In this document: positions 18,929 to 28,732 of the stretch, piece after piece | How positions within the stretch are numbered: position 1 is the stretch's first letter | How the letters are laid out: each line of letters begins with the position of its first letter | DNA from: Clostridiales bacterium | Lineage (GTDB): Bacteria; Bacillota; Clostridia; Christensenellales; UBA1242 | Reading direction: 5' to 3' | DNA: 64,000 bases | Assembly: GCA_015069325.1 (NCBI GenBank) | Contig: SVIV01000001.1 | Span: forward strand, 360,052 to 424,051 | The notes under the pieces: generated by a model | Databases searched by the model: none | The model's input: only the letters and a program-made list of their open reading frames with translations | What the model was told of the DNA's origin: nothing | Position numbers and translations under genes: made by a program

Positions 18929-18981
18929 ATTATGATTTTAGCAAAAAATAACTCTAAACACAAATAAAAATCAAGATTTAC

Positions 18982-19011
18982 TTGACAAAAAAGGCTGTTA
19001 TAAGGTATAAT
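18982..19011 (+). promoter_or_regulatory. sigma-A promoter of the pheS T-box leader
   Basis: TTGACA (18982-18987), 18 nt, TATAAT (19006-19011). Confidence 0.75.
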
Positions 19012-19017
19012 TGGTTC

Positions 19018-19265
19018 ATAAAATGCGATGATAAAAGACTAGTAGTTTTGGAGATGTGTTTTCAGAGAGCATATTCACCGGCTGAAAGGTATGCAACAAT
19101 ATCCATGATGAATTCACTTTTTAGCAGCATTATGAAAGCTTTTTGGCGAGTAGTTTTAGCCGTATGTCTGCGTTAAGGACAAATAAGGGCAGTTTGTCTG
19201 CTGAAATTAGGTGGTACCACGAAGAGTTCTCTTTCGTCCTAAGTGAGGAAGAGAACTCTTTTATT
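19018..19265 (+). promoter_or_regulatory. T-box leader (tRNA-Phe-responsive, specifier UUC) with terminator
   Basis: Stem I GA motif GCGATGA, AGAGA box (19064-19068). Specifier loop GAA-TTC-A (TTC 19113-19115). T-box AAATTAGGTGGTACCACG (19204-19221). Terminator AAGAGTTCTCTT...AAGAGAACTCTT plus T-run (19222-19265). Confidence 0.88.
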
Positions 19266-19279
19266 TTATTGGAGGATTT

Positions 19280-20302
19280 ATGATTTTAGATGAATTAAAA
19301 TGCACACAGGTGCAAGTTATTGATGAAATTAATAATGCAAAAACAATGAAAGATATTGGAGAAATTAAAGGAAAAGTTTTTGGCAAAAATGGTGTATTGA
19401 CTTCTCTTTCAAGGGGAATGAAAGATGTTTCAGCTGAAGAAAGGCCAAAAGTAGGCGCTTTAATTAACGAAGTGCGAAATGCAATTGAAAAGGCACTTGC
19501 AGAGAAAGAACAAGAAGTTGAAAATGCAGAGCTTGCTTTAAAACTTGAAAAAGAAAAAATTGATATTACAGAGCCTGCACAAGGGGTTAAGAAAGGTGCA
19601 TTACACCCAATTCCAAGTGTAATTGATAGGCTTTGTGATATTTGTGTTGGTCTTGGATTCTCTGTTGTTGAAGGGCCTGAAGTTGAAAGCGATTATTACA
19701 ACTTTGAAGCAATGAATATTCCTAAAAATCACCCATCAAGAGATATGCAGGATACTTTCTTTATCAACGATAACATTTTGCTTCGTTCTCAAACATCTGC
19801 AGTTCAAGCAAGAGAAATGGAAGTGAAGAAGCCACCTTTTAAGATTATTTGTCCAGGAAAAACTTACAGAAATGATAGCGATTCAACTCATAGTCCTGTA
19901 TTCCACCAATTAGAAGGTCTTGTTATTGATGAAAATGTTTCAATGGCAGACTTAAAATCAATGCTGACAATTATTATGAAACGTTTGTATGGTGAAGATA
20001 CTGAAATTAGATTTAGACCATCTTTCTTCCCATTTACAGAACCAAGTATTGAAGTTGATGTATCTTGTCCTACATGCCACGGAAAAGGTTGCTCGCTTTG
20101 TAAAGGGACTGGTATGTTGGAACTTTTAGGTGCTGGCATTGTCAATCCAAAGGTTCTTGAAATGTCAGGAATAGATAGTAAAAAATATAGGGGATTTGCT
20201 TTTGGGTTTGGTCTTGATAGAACGGCAATGATTTTAAATAGTATTGGTAATATCAGATATCTTTACAAGAATGATAAAAGATTCTTGGAGCAAATGAAAT
20301 AG
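19280..20302 (+). CDS. pheS: phenylalanyl-tRNA synthetase alpha subunit
   Basis: 340 aa; HPSRDMQDTFF, FRPSFFPFTEPS, GFAFGFGLDR class II motifs. Confidence 0.96.
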   Translation: MILDELKCTQVQVIDEINNAKTMKDIGEIKGKVFGKNGVLTSLSRGMKDVSAEERPKVGALINEVRNAIEKALAEKEQEVENAELALKLEKEKIDITEPAQGVKKGALHPIPSVIDRLCDICVGLGFSVVEGPEVESDYYNFEAMNIPKNHPSRDMQDTFFINDNILLRSQTSAVQAREMEVKKPPFKIICPGKTYRNDSDSTHSPVFHQLEGLVIDENVSMADLKSMLTIIMKRLYGEDTEIRFRPSFFPFTEPSIEVDVSCPTCHGKGCSLCKGTGMLELLGAGIVNPKVLEMSGIDSKKYRGFAFGFGLDRTAMILNSIGNIRYLYKNDKRFLEQMK

Positions 20303-20317
20303 TAAGGAGAAAGTGAA

Positions 20318-22717
20318 ATGAAAGTAACATATAATTGGCTCAAAGAAATGGTTGATATTGATGTATCACCAGAAGAGCTTGCAAAAAAACTTACTTCTGC
20401 TGGAATGGAAGTTGAAGAAATCATTTATCAAAATGAACACCTTCATCACGTTGTGGTAGGCAAGATTTTAAAAATAGAAAAACACCCACAGGCAGATAGA
20501 CTTGTTGTGTGTCAGGTAAATATCGGAAATGAAATTGTGCAAATTATTACTGCTGCAACAAATGTATTTGAAGGGGCACTTGTGCCTGTTAGTTTGGAAG
20601 GTGCGGACCTGTGTAATGGCATTAAAATTTCAAAAACAAAAATGCGTGGAGTTGATTCTTTCGGAATGTTTTGCTCTGGTGAAGAACTTGGAATCGATGA
20701 CAACTATATCGAAGGAGCATCTGTTAATGGAATTTTAATTCTGCCAAATGATTTGAAACCGGGGACGGCTATTGATAAAGCACTTATGCTTGATGATGTG
20801 GTGTTTGATATTGGTATTACACCTAACAGGGCCGACTGTATGAGTGTAATCGGAATTGCACGAGAGGTTTGTGCACTTTTAGGCAAGGAACTTAAGAAAC
20901 TTAATCTCAGTTATGATTTAGATGTTTATGCGAAAGATACTATTTGGGATTATGTAAGTGTTGACGTTAAAACTGAAAATTGTTATCGATATATGGCGAC
21001 TGCAGTTACTAATGTAAAAATTGAACGTTCTCCATTATGGATGAGAGCAAGATTAAACGCAGTAGGAGTAAAGCCAATTAATACAATTGTGGATATTACA
21101 AATTATGTTCTTATGGAATGCGGACAACCAATGCATGCGTTTGACGGGGCAAACATTGGTGGGAAGAAAATTATTGTTCGTCAAGCTAATGAAGGCGAAA
21201 CAATAGATGCATTAAATCATAGTAGTTATAATCTTGATGAAAGTGTAATGGTGATTGCAGATGAAAATCGTCCAATGGTAATTGCCGGAGTGATTGGTGG
21301 CGAAGATTCTTGTATTACGGATAAAACAAATATTTGCGTATTTGAAAGTGCTGTTTTCGACCTAAAATCCATTAGACTTACTAGCAGAAAGTATGGTGTG
21401 AGAACTGATTCATCTGCTAGATATGCAAAGGGAGTTAATGTTGCGAATGCAGAACTTGGAATGGCAAGGGCACTTCATCTTGTTTCAAAACTTAAGTGTG
21501 GCAAAGTCGTTCGTGGTAGAGTAGATATTGCTTCAAAAGAAAACAAATCACGTCATATCACAGGATCTGTTTCAATAATAAATGATATTTTAGGAGTAAA
21601 AATTGCATCTCAAGATATGGTGCGCATTTTAAATAGTTTAGGAATTGTTACAAAATGTTATGCTGACAAACTGGAATGTGAAGTTCCACCATACAGAGAA
21701 GATATTGAAAATGATTATGATTTAGCCGAAGAAGTAATCAGAATGTATGGCTACGACGTTTATGATAATTTAGGATACAATCTTTTTGAAAATGCGACTA
21801 TCACTGAAGGTCAACACCACCAAAGATTATGGCTTGAAAGAAAACTTAGAAATGCCTTAGTGCAAGATGGTTATTTTGAAAATGTATCTTATACATTGGT
21901 TTCAGGAGATATTAATCAAAAACTTCTTTTAAATGAAGAAGAACATAAATTAGTGAGAATTTCAAATCCGATAGGAGAAGAAATTTCTTGTATGAGAACT
22001 TCACTTGCACATTCATTATTTCAAAATATTGCATACAACTTAAGTGTGGGCAATAAAGATATGAGATTCTTCGAATGTGGAAGAACTTATATTGCAAAAA
22101 GTTTGCCTTTAGAAGAACTTCCTATTGAAAAAAATATGCTTGCGATTGCAGTATGCGAAAATGATTATAATTTCTTCAATTTAAAAGCAGAAGTGGAAAT
22201 GATTTTAAACTTTACTTCTTGTGAAACTAAAATTCAAAGATCTAATAAGCCATTTTTACACCCAGGTATATCTGCAGACTATGTGTGCGGAGATGAAGTT
22301 ATTGCAAGTTTTGGCAAAGTTCATCCTGTGGTTGCAAAGAATTATGAACTGCCTGAAAATGTATTTTATGCAGAAATCAATACAGAATTTTTAGCAAAAC
22401 TTTCAGAAAAAAGATACAACGTAAAAGCAATTTCTAAATTCCCTATTGTTGATAGAGACTTAGCGGTTGTTGTTGATGAAAATGTTACTTGCGGAGAAAT
22501 GATTGAATCAATCAAATCGTCTTGTGGTAAGTTGTGTTATGATGTTTCACTTTTTGACATTTATCGAAGCGAAACGTTAGGTGAAAACAAAAAAAGTATG
22601 GCATTTAATATTCGACTCTCTGATGTAGAGAAAACATTGACTGAAGAAGATGTATCTGCAGTTATGAAGAAGGTATTAAAAGCGTTGACATTTAAATTTG
22701 GAGCTAGTTTAAGATGA
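20318..22717 (+). CDS. pheT: phenylalanyl-tRNA synthetase beta subunit
   Basis: 799 aa; MKVTYNWLKE start, tRNA-binding OB domain, B3/4, B5 and FDX-ACB-like C-terminal domain. Confidence 0.96.
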   Translation: MKVTYNWLKEMVDIDVSPEELAKKLTSAGMEVEEIIYQNEHLHHVVVGKILKIEKHPQADRLVVCQVNIGNEIVQIITAATNVFEGALVPVSLEGADLCNGIKISKTKMRGVDSFGMFCSGEELGIDDNYIEGASVNGILILPNDLKPGTAIDKALMLDDVVFDIGITPNRADCMSVIGIAREVCALLGKELKKLNLSYDLDVYAKDTIWDYVSVDVKTENCYRYMATAVTNVKIERSPLWMRARLNAVGVKPINTIVDITNYVLMECGQPMHAFDGANIGGKKIIVRQANEGETIDALNHSSYNLDESVMVIADENRPMVIAGVIGGEDSCITDKTNICVFESAVFDLKSIRLTSRKYGVRTDSSARYAKGVNVANAELGMARALHLVSKLKCGKVVRGRVDIASKENKSRHITGSVSIINDILGVKIASQDMVRILNSLGIVTKCYADKLECEVPPYREDIENDYDLAEEVIRMYGYDVYDNLGYNLFENATITEGQHHQRLWLERKLRNALVQDGYFENVSYTLVSGDINQKLLLNEEEHKLVRISNPIGEEISCMRTSLAHSLFQNIAYNLSVGNKDMRFFECGRTYIAKSLPLEELPIEKNMLAIAVCENDYNFFNLKAEVEMILNFTSCETKIQRSNKPFLHPGISADYVCGDEVIASFGKVHPVVAKNYELPENVFYAEINTEFLAKLSEKRYNVKAISKFPIVDRDLAVVVDENVTCGEMIESIKSSCGKLCYDVSLFDIYRSETLGENKKSMAFNIRLSDVEKTLTEEDVSAVMKKVLKALTFKFGASLR

Positions 22718-23832
22718 TTTATCTTGATAATGCAGCAACAACTCCAATGCTTGCAGATGCGGTGGGCGTATATCAAAAATATGCCTGCCAATCTTTTTAT
22801 AACCCTTCGGCAGGTTATCGAGAAGCACAGGATATTGCAAAACAAATAAAAGAAGCAAAAGAGAGATTGCTTGTCAAACTAGGGGCAACTTGCGGTGATA
22901 TAATTTATACAAGTGGGGCAACTGAAAGTAATAACCTTGCGATTATGGGAAGTCGCAGAAATGGCAAATGGGAGTATGTTTTTTCTGTAGGCGAACATCC
23001 TAGCGTTTATAATGTCGCAAAAGAACTTGAAATGCAAGGATTTAAAGTGCATTTTGTAGGTCTTTCTTCAACTGGCGAAATTAACTATGAAATGCTGGCA
23101 AGTGTTGTAAATGAAAAGACTCGACTTGTTTCTGTTATGCATATTAGCAATGAAACTGGTGCAGTCAACGATATACAACGTATCGTGGGTGTTATTAAAG
23201 ACAAGGCACGAAATGCATTAATTCACGTAGATGGAGTGCAAGCTTTTTGTAAGGTGCCTATTTGTCTTAATGCATTTGATGTCGATTTTTACACAATATC
23301 AGCTCATAAATTTCACGGGCCTAAAGGTGTGGGCGCTTTGTATGTAAAAAATCAAAAACTACTAAAAAATATAGTTTTTGGCGGTGGGCAAGAAAATGGA
23401 CTTCGTTCTGGAACGGAAAATGTTGCTGGGATTATGGCGATGGATTATGTTGCAAATCAGATTGATATTTTAAGCAATTATAATAAAGTTCAAGCTTTGA
23501 AGGCCTGTATGGTTAAGATTTTGTCAGAAAATAAAAATGTAAATATTTTTGAAAGCAAAAGCCCTTATATTTTGAGTGTTGGTTTCAAAGGCGTTAATGG
23601 AGAAACGCTCATGCGTGCATTACAAGATCAAGGAGTTATTGTTGGAATGGGGAGTGCGTGTTCTGCGAAAAAGTCTGGCAATAGGATTTTGGAAAGCATA
23701 GGTTTTTCAAAGGAAGATGTTAAACAACGAATAAGAATTTCGTTTAATTCTTTTTTAAGCGAACAAGAAGTTGCACAAGCGGGAAAAACAATATTAAAAG
23801 TTTATAATGAAATATGGGAGAAGGTTAAATGA
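22714..23832 (+). CDS. nifZ: cysteine desulfurase (NifS/IscS class, ThiI partner)
   Basis: IYLDNAATTP, PLP-lysine SAHKFHGPKG, active-site GSACS. Start overlaps the pheT stop (ATGA) and its stop overlaps the thiI start (ATGA). Confidence 0.88.
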   Translation: MIYLDNAATTPMLADAVGVYQKYACQSFYNPSAGYREAQDIAKQIKEAKERLLVKLGATCGDIIYTSGATESNNLAIMGSRRNGKWEYVFSVGEHPSVYNVAKELEMQGFKVHFVGLSSTGEINYEMLASVVNEKTRLVSVMHISNETGAVNDIQRIVGVIKDKARNALIHVDGVQAFCKVPICLNAFDVDFYTISAHKFHGPKGVGALYVKNQKLLKNIVFGGGQENGLRSGTENVAGIMAMDYVANQIDILSNYNKVQALKACMVKILSENKNVNIFESKSPYILSVGFKGVNGETLMRALQDQGVIVGMGSACSAKKSGNRILESIGFSKEDVKQRIRISFNSFLSEQEVAQAGKTILKVYNEIWEKVK

Positions 23833-24983
23833 AAGTTATTTTACTTCGATTTGGTGAATTATTTTTGAAAGGAGATAATCGCTATCTTTTTGAAAGTATG
23901 CTTATTAAAAACATAAAAAATAAATTAAAAGATGAAACTTTTAAATTCGAAAAAACGTTTGGGCGTTATGTGATTTCTAATTATGATGAAAGCAGAGAAA
24001 AGGTTATTATAGGCAAACTAAAACAAGTTTTTGGTTTGTATAGCTTGTCTTGTGCTTTAGAATTGCCATCAACAGTTGAATCAATCACAAGTGAGATTAA
24101 TAAATTATCAATAGGCAAAAAATCGTTTAAAGTTTTTGTTAAACGTGCAGATAAAAAATTTCCTGTTTCATCAATGGACTTTGCAAAACATTTAGGTGGA
24201 GTTATTCTTGACAACAATCCAAACGCAGAAGTAGATTTATACAATCCACAAGTTGAAGTGCATATTGATATTCGCCTTAATGGAAAGTCTTATCTATTTT
24301 ATGATACAATAAAATGTCAAGGAGGTTTGCCTTTGGGGTGTGCAGGTAAAGGGTTGCTACTTTTATCTGGTGGAATTGATAGCCCGGTTGCTGGTTACTT
24401 GGTAGGCAAACGTGGACTTGAAATTGAAGCATTACATTTTCATAGCTATCCTTATACGTCAGAAATGGCAAGAGATAAAGTGATTACTTTGGCAAAAGAG
24501 CTAGTTCCTTTTGTTGGTAAGATTAAACTGCATATGATTTCATTTACAAAAGTGCAAGAGATGATACATTTGCATTGTTCTGCTGAATATATGATTACTA
24601 TAATGAGAAGAATCATGATGCGTATTGCCGAACAAATTTGCAATAAATACGAATTAGGTGCGATTGTTACCGGTGAAAGCTTGGGGCAAGTGGCAAGTCA
24701 AACGATGCAGAGTATGACAGTTACTGGTGGAGTAGTTGAAATTAAACCTATTTTTAGACCTTGTATTACAATGGACAAAGAAGAAATTATGAAAATTTCA
24801 AAAGATATAGGGACTTATGAAACATCAATTCTTCCTTATGAAGATTGTTGCACAGTCTTTTTGCCTAAAAATCCAGTTATAAAGCCTACAATAGACAGAT
24901 GCGAAAGAGAAGAATCTAAATTAGATATAGATGCCTTGATAAAGGAATGTATGTTTAGCGAAGAAATTATTGAAATAGAGTAA
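23829..24983 (+). CDS. thiI: tRNA 4-thiouridine synthase ThiI
   Basis: N-terminal ferredoxin-like/THUMP region, PP-loop LLSGGIDSPVAGY. No rhodanese domain (384 aa), as in Bacillus ThiI. Confidence 0.92.
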   Translation: MKVILLRFGELFLKGDNRYLFESMLIKNIKNKLKDETFKFEKTFGRYVISNYDESREKVIIGKLKQVFGLYSLSCALELPSTVESITSEINKLSIGKKSFKVFVKRADKKFPVSSMDFAKHLGGVILDNNPNAEVDLYNPQVEVHIDIRLNGKSYLFYDTIKCQGGLPLGCAGKGLLLLSGGIDSPVAGYLVGKRGLEIEALHFHSYPYTSEMARDKVITLAKELVPFVGKIKLHMISFTKVQEMIHLHCSAEYMITIMRRIMMRIAEQICNKYELGAIVTGESLGQVASQTMQSMTVTGGVVEIKPIFRPCITMDKEEIMKISKDIGTYETSILPYEDCCTVFLPKNPVIKPTIDRCEREESKLDIDALIKECMFSEEIIEIE

Positions 24984-25022
24984 AAATTGAAGCAATATTG
25001 TTTGATTTTAATATCAAAGAGA

Positions 25023-25053
25023 AAAGCAAGAATAATGAATTCTTGCTTTTTTA
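25023..25053 (+). terminator. intrinsic terminator after thiI
   Basis: 11-bp stem AAAGCAAGAAT / ATTCTTGCTTT, 5-nt loop, T-run. Confidence 0.8.
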
Positions 25054-25067
25054 TCTATAAATTAGCA

Positions 25068-25120
25068 TTTGAACAAATATTCATAAAATACTTGCATAAA
25101 TATTTGACGTGTTGTATAAT
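25068..25120 (+). promoter_or_regulatory. argR promoter with ARG-box-like operator(s)
   Basis: TTTGAACAAATATTCATA (25068-25085) matches the ARG-box consensus TNTGAATWWWWATTCANW at 17/18. A weaker second box at 25091-25108 overlaps the -35 TTGCAT (25092-25097). 17 nt, then TATAAT (25115-25120). Confidence 0.6.
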
Positions 25121-25160
25121 AATCGCAAGATACATTTGTGTAATTTATTAAGGGGGAGTT

Positions 25161-25613
25161 ATGGCACGAAGCGCAAGACAATCTAAAATTTTGGAATTAA
25201 TATCAATTAAGGAGATTGAAACACAAGATGAACTTGCTCGTGAACTTCGAAATGCTAATTTTGACATTACGCAAGCAACAATTTCGCGAGATATAAAAGA
25301 ATTAGGTTTGACAAAAATATTGTCTAGCAGTGGCAAATATAAATATTGTTTAGTTACTTCGGAAGAGCAAGGCATTTCGAGTAAATATATTACCATATTT
25401 AAAGAGTCTGTCATTTCAGTCCGCCAAGCAATGAATTTGGCGGTTGTAAGAACAATGAAAGGTATGGCGCAGGCAATTGCAAGTTTTGTCGATAAATTAA
25501 ACATTAACAATCTTTTAGGTGCGGTAAATGGAGAAGATACAATTATGCTTATATTTCCAACTGAGAATTTTGCTAGTGAAGCAGTTGATGCTTTGAATGG
25601 GCTTTTAAACTAA
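25161..25613 (+). CDS. argR: arginine repressor
   Basis: 150 aa; RQSKILELI...TQDEL...ATISRDIKEL winged-helix region, C-terminal oligomerisation/arginine-binding domain (GEDTIMLI). Confidence 0.93.
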   Translation: MARSARQSKILELISIKEIETQDELARELRNANFDITQATISRDIKELGLTKILSSSGKYKYCLVTSEEQGISSKYITIFKESVISVRQAMNLAVVRTMKGMAQAIASFVDKLNINNLLGAVNGEDTIMLIFPTENFASEAVDALNGLLN

Positions 25614-25622
25614 GGGGGGATT

Positions 25623-27281
25623 ATGCTTCAATCATTATCAATAAAAAATGTAGCCTTGATAACTAAGCTTGCAATAGATTTTTCAAAGGGATTTAATGTG
25701 CTGTTAGGTGAAACTGGTGCAGGCAAAAGTATTATATTTGACGCATTAAACTTTGTTCTTGGTGGCAAAAGCGATAAATCGCTTATCAGATATGGCGAGC
25801 AAGAAATGAGAGTTGATGCTGTGTTTACTCAGTTGTCAGAAAATTGTCAAAAACAGTTGCAAGAATTAGGATATGATGACGACGAAATTTGTTTATCAAG
25901 GACGTTATCAATTGATGGCAAATCAATATCAAGAATAAACGGTATGAGCACTACTGCAACAATTCTGAAAATGGTTGGTCAGTGTTTAGTTGACAGCTAT
26001 TCACAGCATGAAAGCGTGGAACTTTTAAAGACTAAAAACCATTTGATAATGCTAGATAAATTTGCGGGGGATAGAATTCTTGCTCAGAAACAACGTGTGA
26101 AAGATTTATACGGGCAATATAATGATATTTTAACTCAAATCAGTAGTCTTGGTGGAAATGAATTTGAAAGAGAACGAATGAAAAGTTTGCTTGAATATCA
26201 GATTGATGAAATTGAATCTGCCAATTTGCAAGCAGGCGAAAGTGAAGAAATAAGCGAACGATTGAAATTCTTAAATAGTGCAGAAAAAATTTTTCAAGCA
26301 GTTTCTGATTGCGAAGAATTGTTAAGCGAAGGTGCAGGTTCGTGCATAAGAACACTTGTTGAATCAACGAGTGCCTTAAGTGTGCTATCTGCTTTTGATG
26401 AAATTGAGTCTTGTCGTCAGAGATTAGACAGTGTGCGATATGAAGTTGAAGATATTGCAGATACTTTAAATGATATCAAAGCAAAGACCGATTTTGATGA
26501 AAAAGAATTTGATAGACTTGATAGAAGATATGATACAATAAAGTCTTTGATGAAAAAATATGGCGGAAGCGAAGAAAAAGCCCTTGAATTTTTGTGTGAA
26601 GCAAAAAGAAAACTTAATGATTTAAGTGATAGCGACTTTTTGCTAGGGAAACTTGAAAAAGACAAGGAAAATATTTATAATCATCTTCTTAAAGAATGTG
26701 AAGTTCTGACAAAATTAAGACAAGAAACAGCATTTGATATTGAAAATAAAATCATATCGGAATTGCAACAACTTGGGATGAAATCTAGCAGATTTAAGGT
26801 TAAATTTGTTGAAACAGAACCAACATCAAGCGGGAAAGATAATGTCGAATTTGAATTTTCTGCAAATAAAGGTCAAGAAGTAAAATCTTTGGCTAAAACG
26901 GCTTCAGGTGGTGAGCTTAGCAGGTTTATGCTAGCTGTAAAAAATGTATTTAATGAAGCAGGTGCAGTTCAAACGTTGGTGTTTGATGAAATTGATAGTG
27001 GAATTAGTGGTGAAACAGGGAATATAGTGGGTGAAAAAATCGGCAATCTTGCCAAATCTGTTCAAATCCTATGCATTACACATCTTCCACAAGTGGCTGT
27101 GTATGCTGATCAGATTTATGTGGTTTATAAAACAGAAAATGATATCACGACACAAACTTCTATTCAACAAGTATCTGATGATGAAATTGTTAATTGTTTG
27201 GCACAGATGATGGTGGGGAAATCTCCAACTGATACAGCAAAGAAACAAGCAATTGAAATGCGTATAAGGGCAGGTAAATAG
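25623..27281 (+). CDS. recN: DNA repair protein RecN
   Basis: LSIKNVALI...GETGAGKSII Walker A, long coiled coil, signature SGGELSR, Walker B LVFDEIDSG. Confidence 0.95.
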   Translation: MLQSLSIKNVALITKLAIDFSKGFNVLLGETGAGKSIIFDALNFVLGGKSDKSLIRYGEQEMRVDAVFTQLSENCQKQLQELGYDDDEICLSRTLSIDGKSISRINGMSTTATILKMVGQCLVDSYSQHESVELLKTKNHLIMLDKFAGDRILAQKQRVKDLYGQYNDILTQISSLGGNEFERERMKSLLEYQIDEIESANLQAGESEEISERLKFLNSAEKIFQAVSDCEELLSEGAGSCIRTLVESTSALSVLSAFDEIESCRQRLDSVRYEVEDIADTLNDIKAKTDFDEKEFDRLDRRYDTIKSLMKKYGGSEEKALEFLCEAKRKLNDLSDSDFLLGKLEKDKENIYNHLLKECEVLTKLRQETAFDIENKIISELQQLGMKSSRFKVKFVETEPTSSGKDNVEFEFSANKGQEVKSLAKTASGGELSRFMLAVKNVFNEAGAVQTLVFDEIDSGISGETGNIVGEKIGNLAKSVQILCITHLPQVAVYADQIYVVYKTENDITTQTSIQQVSDDEIVNCLAQMMVGKSPTDTAKKQAIEMRIRAGK

Positions 27282-27301
27282 CATAATATATTAAATTTTG
27301 C

Positions 27302-27334
27302 AAAGACTAATCTATGAAGATTGGTCTTTTTTAA
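27302..27334 (+). terminator. terminator/attenuator hairpin after recN
   Basis: AAGACTAATC / GATTGGTCTT 10-bp stem (one G-U) plus TTTTT, immediately before the spoIVB RBS. Confidence 0.6.
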
Positions 27335-27346
27335 TAGGAGAAAACA

Positions 27347-28558
27347 ATGAAACAAATCAAAAAAATGTTGTCAATTTCATTTTTAATAATAATGATTTTA
27401 GTTACATTAATAAATGTTTCAATAAGTGAGATGATATCTTTGCCAGATGAATTCTATGTTGATTATCAAGAAATCGAACAGGCAAATCGAGAACATAAGT
27501 TTGGCAAGTTTGTCAATCTAGAACTAAAAACCACCGAAATTGACACATCAGATTCTAGTAAAGGAAATCAGGAAATTGTTTTTAAATTATTTGGTTTTAT
27601 TCCTATTAAAAAGGTTGAAGCGAAAGTTTTGCCCGAAGAAGATGTCTTTGTAGGCGGTAATACAATAGGAATAGATGTTTCAACTGATGGTGTTGTTGTA
27701 GTAAGCGATACAATTGTTAATATGGGTAGTGGCGAAATTGAAAAAAACAGATACTTAAAAAATGGAGATGTCATTCAAAGTTTTAATGGCAAAAAAATTA
27801 AAACCTTAGCCGATTTGCAGGAAGCTTTAGCAAATAATACAAGTGAAAATCCAAGCATTTCTATTTTAAGAAGCGGAGAAGTGCTTAATAGCACAATCTC
27901 TATTTTGAAAAATAAAGAAAATGAATATAAATTAGGCATATGGGGACGAGATTCCTTTTCGGGTGTTGGGACATTAACTTTTGCATTGGCAAATAATGGC
28001 CAATTTGGCGCTTTAGGGCACGCAATAAGCAGTGGAAACGATAATTCCATTTTGCCAATTACAAATGGAGAAATCTATGAGTGTAATTTGGTAAACATCG
28101 AAAAAGGGCAGAAAGATATCCCTGGACAGTTGCAATGCGTTTTTGTAGGAAGAGATAAAAGGGGAACTGTAGAACAAAATACTAATGTTGGTATTTTTGG
28201 GAATATAACTGATACAAATGGTATTATCGATATAAATAAAAGGTGTAAATTGGGTGGAAGATTAAGCGTTCAAGCGGGCAAAGCAAGTTTGATTTCATCT
28301 GTTAGTGGAATTCAAGAAGAATATGAAATTGAAATTATTAAGATAAACAAACAAAAGCAAAGTGGAGATAAAAGTTTTGTTTTTAGGGTGAAAGATGAAA
28401 GATTATTGAAGCTGACAGGCGGTATTGTGCAAGGAATGAGTGGTTCGCCAATTATACAAAACGGAAAAATTGTAGGAGCTGTAACGCACGTATTCGTATC
28501 TGATTCGACAAAAGGGTATGGAGTTTATACTGATTGGATGCTTGAAAAATTGCAGTAA
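27347..28558 (+). CDS. spoIVB: SpoIVB peptidase (S55 signalling serine protease)
   Basis: N-terminal TM, PDZ region (GDVIQSFNGKKI), S55 domain with GALGH and catalytic VQGMSGSPII. Confidence 0.92.
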   Translation: MKQIKKMLSISFLIIMILVTLINVSISEMISLPDEFYVDYQEIEQANREHKFGKFVNLELKTTEIDTSDSSKGNQEIVFKLFGFIPIKKVEAKVLPEEDVFVGGNTIGIDVSTDGVVVVSDTIVNMGSGEIEKNRYLKNGDVIQSFNGKKIKTLADLQEALANNTSENPSISILRSGEVLNSTISILKNKENEYKLGIWGRDSFSGVGTLTFALANNGQFGALGHAISSGNDNSILPITNGEIYECNLVNIEKGQKDIPGQLQCVFVGRDKRGTVEQNTNVGIFGNITDTNGIIDINKRCKLGGRLSVQAGKASLISSVSGIQEEYEIEIIKINKQKQSGDKSFVFRVKDERLLKLTGGIVQGMSGSPIIQNGKIVGAVTHVFVSDSTKGYGVYTDWMLEKLQ

Positions 28559-28586
28559 AAAAAAGAGTCTTTTGGCTCTTTTTTTA
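28557..28586 (+). terminator. intrinsic terminator of spoIVB
   Basis: AAGAGTC-TTTT-GGCTCTT hairpin plus T-run. Confidence 0.65.
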
Positions 28587-28608
28587 GTATTCTTCTATGC
28601 ATACTAGT
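28585..28608. repeat. ACTAGTATG-family motif (copy 3) with short TAGTAT/ATACTA hairpin
   Basis: Minus strand reads AAACTAGTATGCATAGAAGAATACTA. A GTTAT-N6-ATAAC hairpin follows at 28626-28643. Confidence 0.6.
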
Positions 28609-28642
28609 TTTTTTGTAGGCTATTTTGTTATGTTTGAATAAC

Positions 28643-28677
28643 AAAAAAAGAGATTCTCCAAATTTTAGAAAATCTCC
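28643..28677 (-). terminator. intrinsic terminator of the recombinase gene
   Basis: Minus strand: GAGAUUUUC-loop-GAGAAUCUC (9 bp, one G-U) followed by UUUUUUU. Confidence 0.65.
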
Positions 28678-28732
28678 TTCTTAATGTGAAGCATATCTCC
28701 TTCACGCTATTATGATATGCTGTTTTTTTAAT

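Noticed and set aside
18982-19176. 64-aa ORF on the plus strand upstream of pheS
   Set aside because: It lies entirely inside the Phe T-box leader (stem I, specifier loop), starts at the promoter -35 with a TTG codon, and has no RBS. It is RNA regulatory sequence, not a gene.
25071-25082. LexA (Cheo) box upstream of argR-recN
   Set aside because: GAACAAATATTC lacks the conserved G of the GTTC half-site and the flanking C/G. The same sequence fits the ARG box much better. It is kept only as an alternative in a finding.
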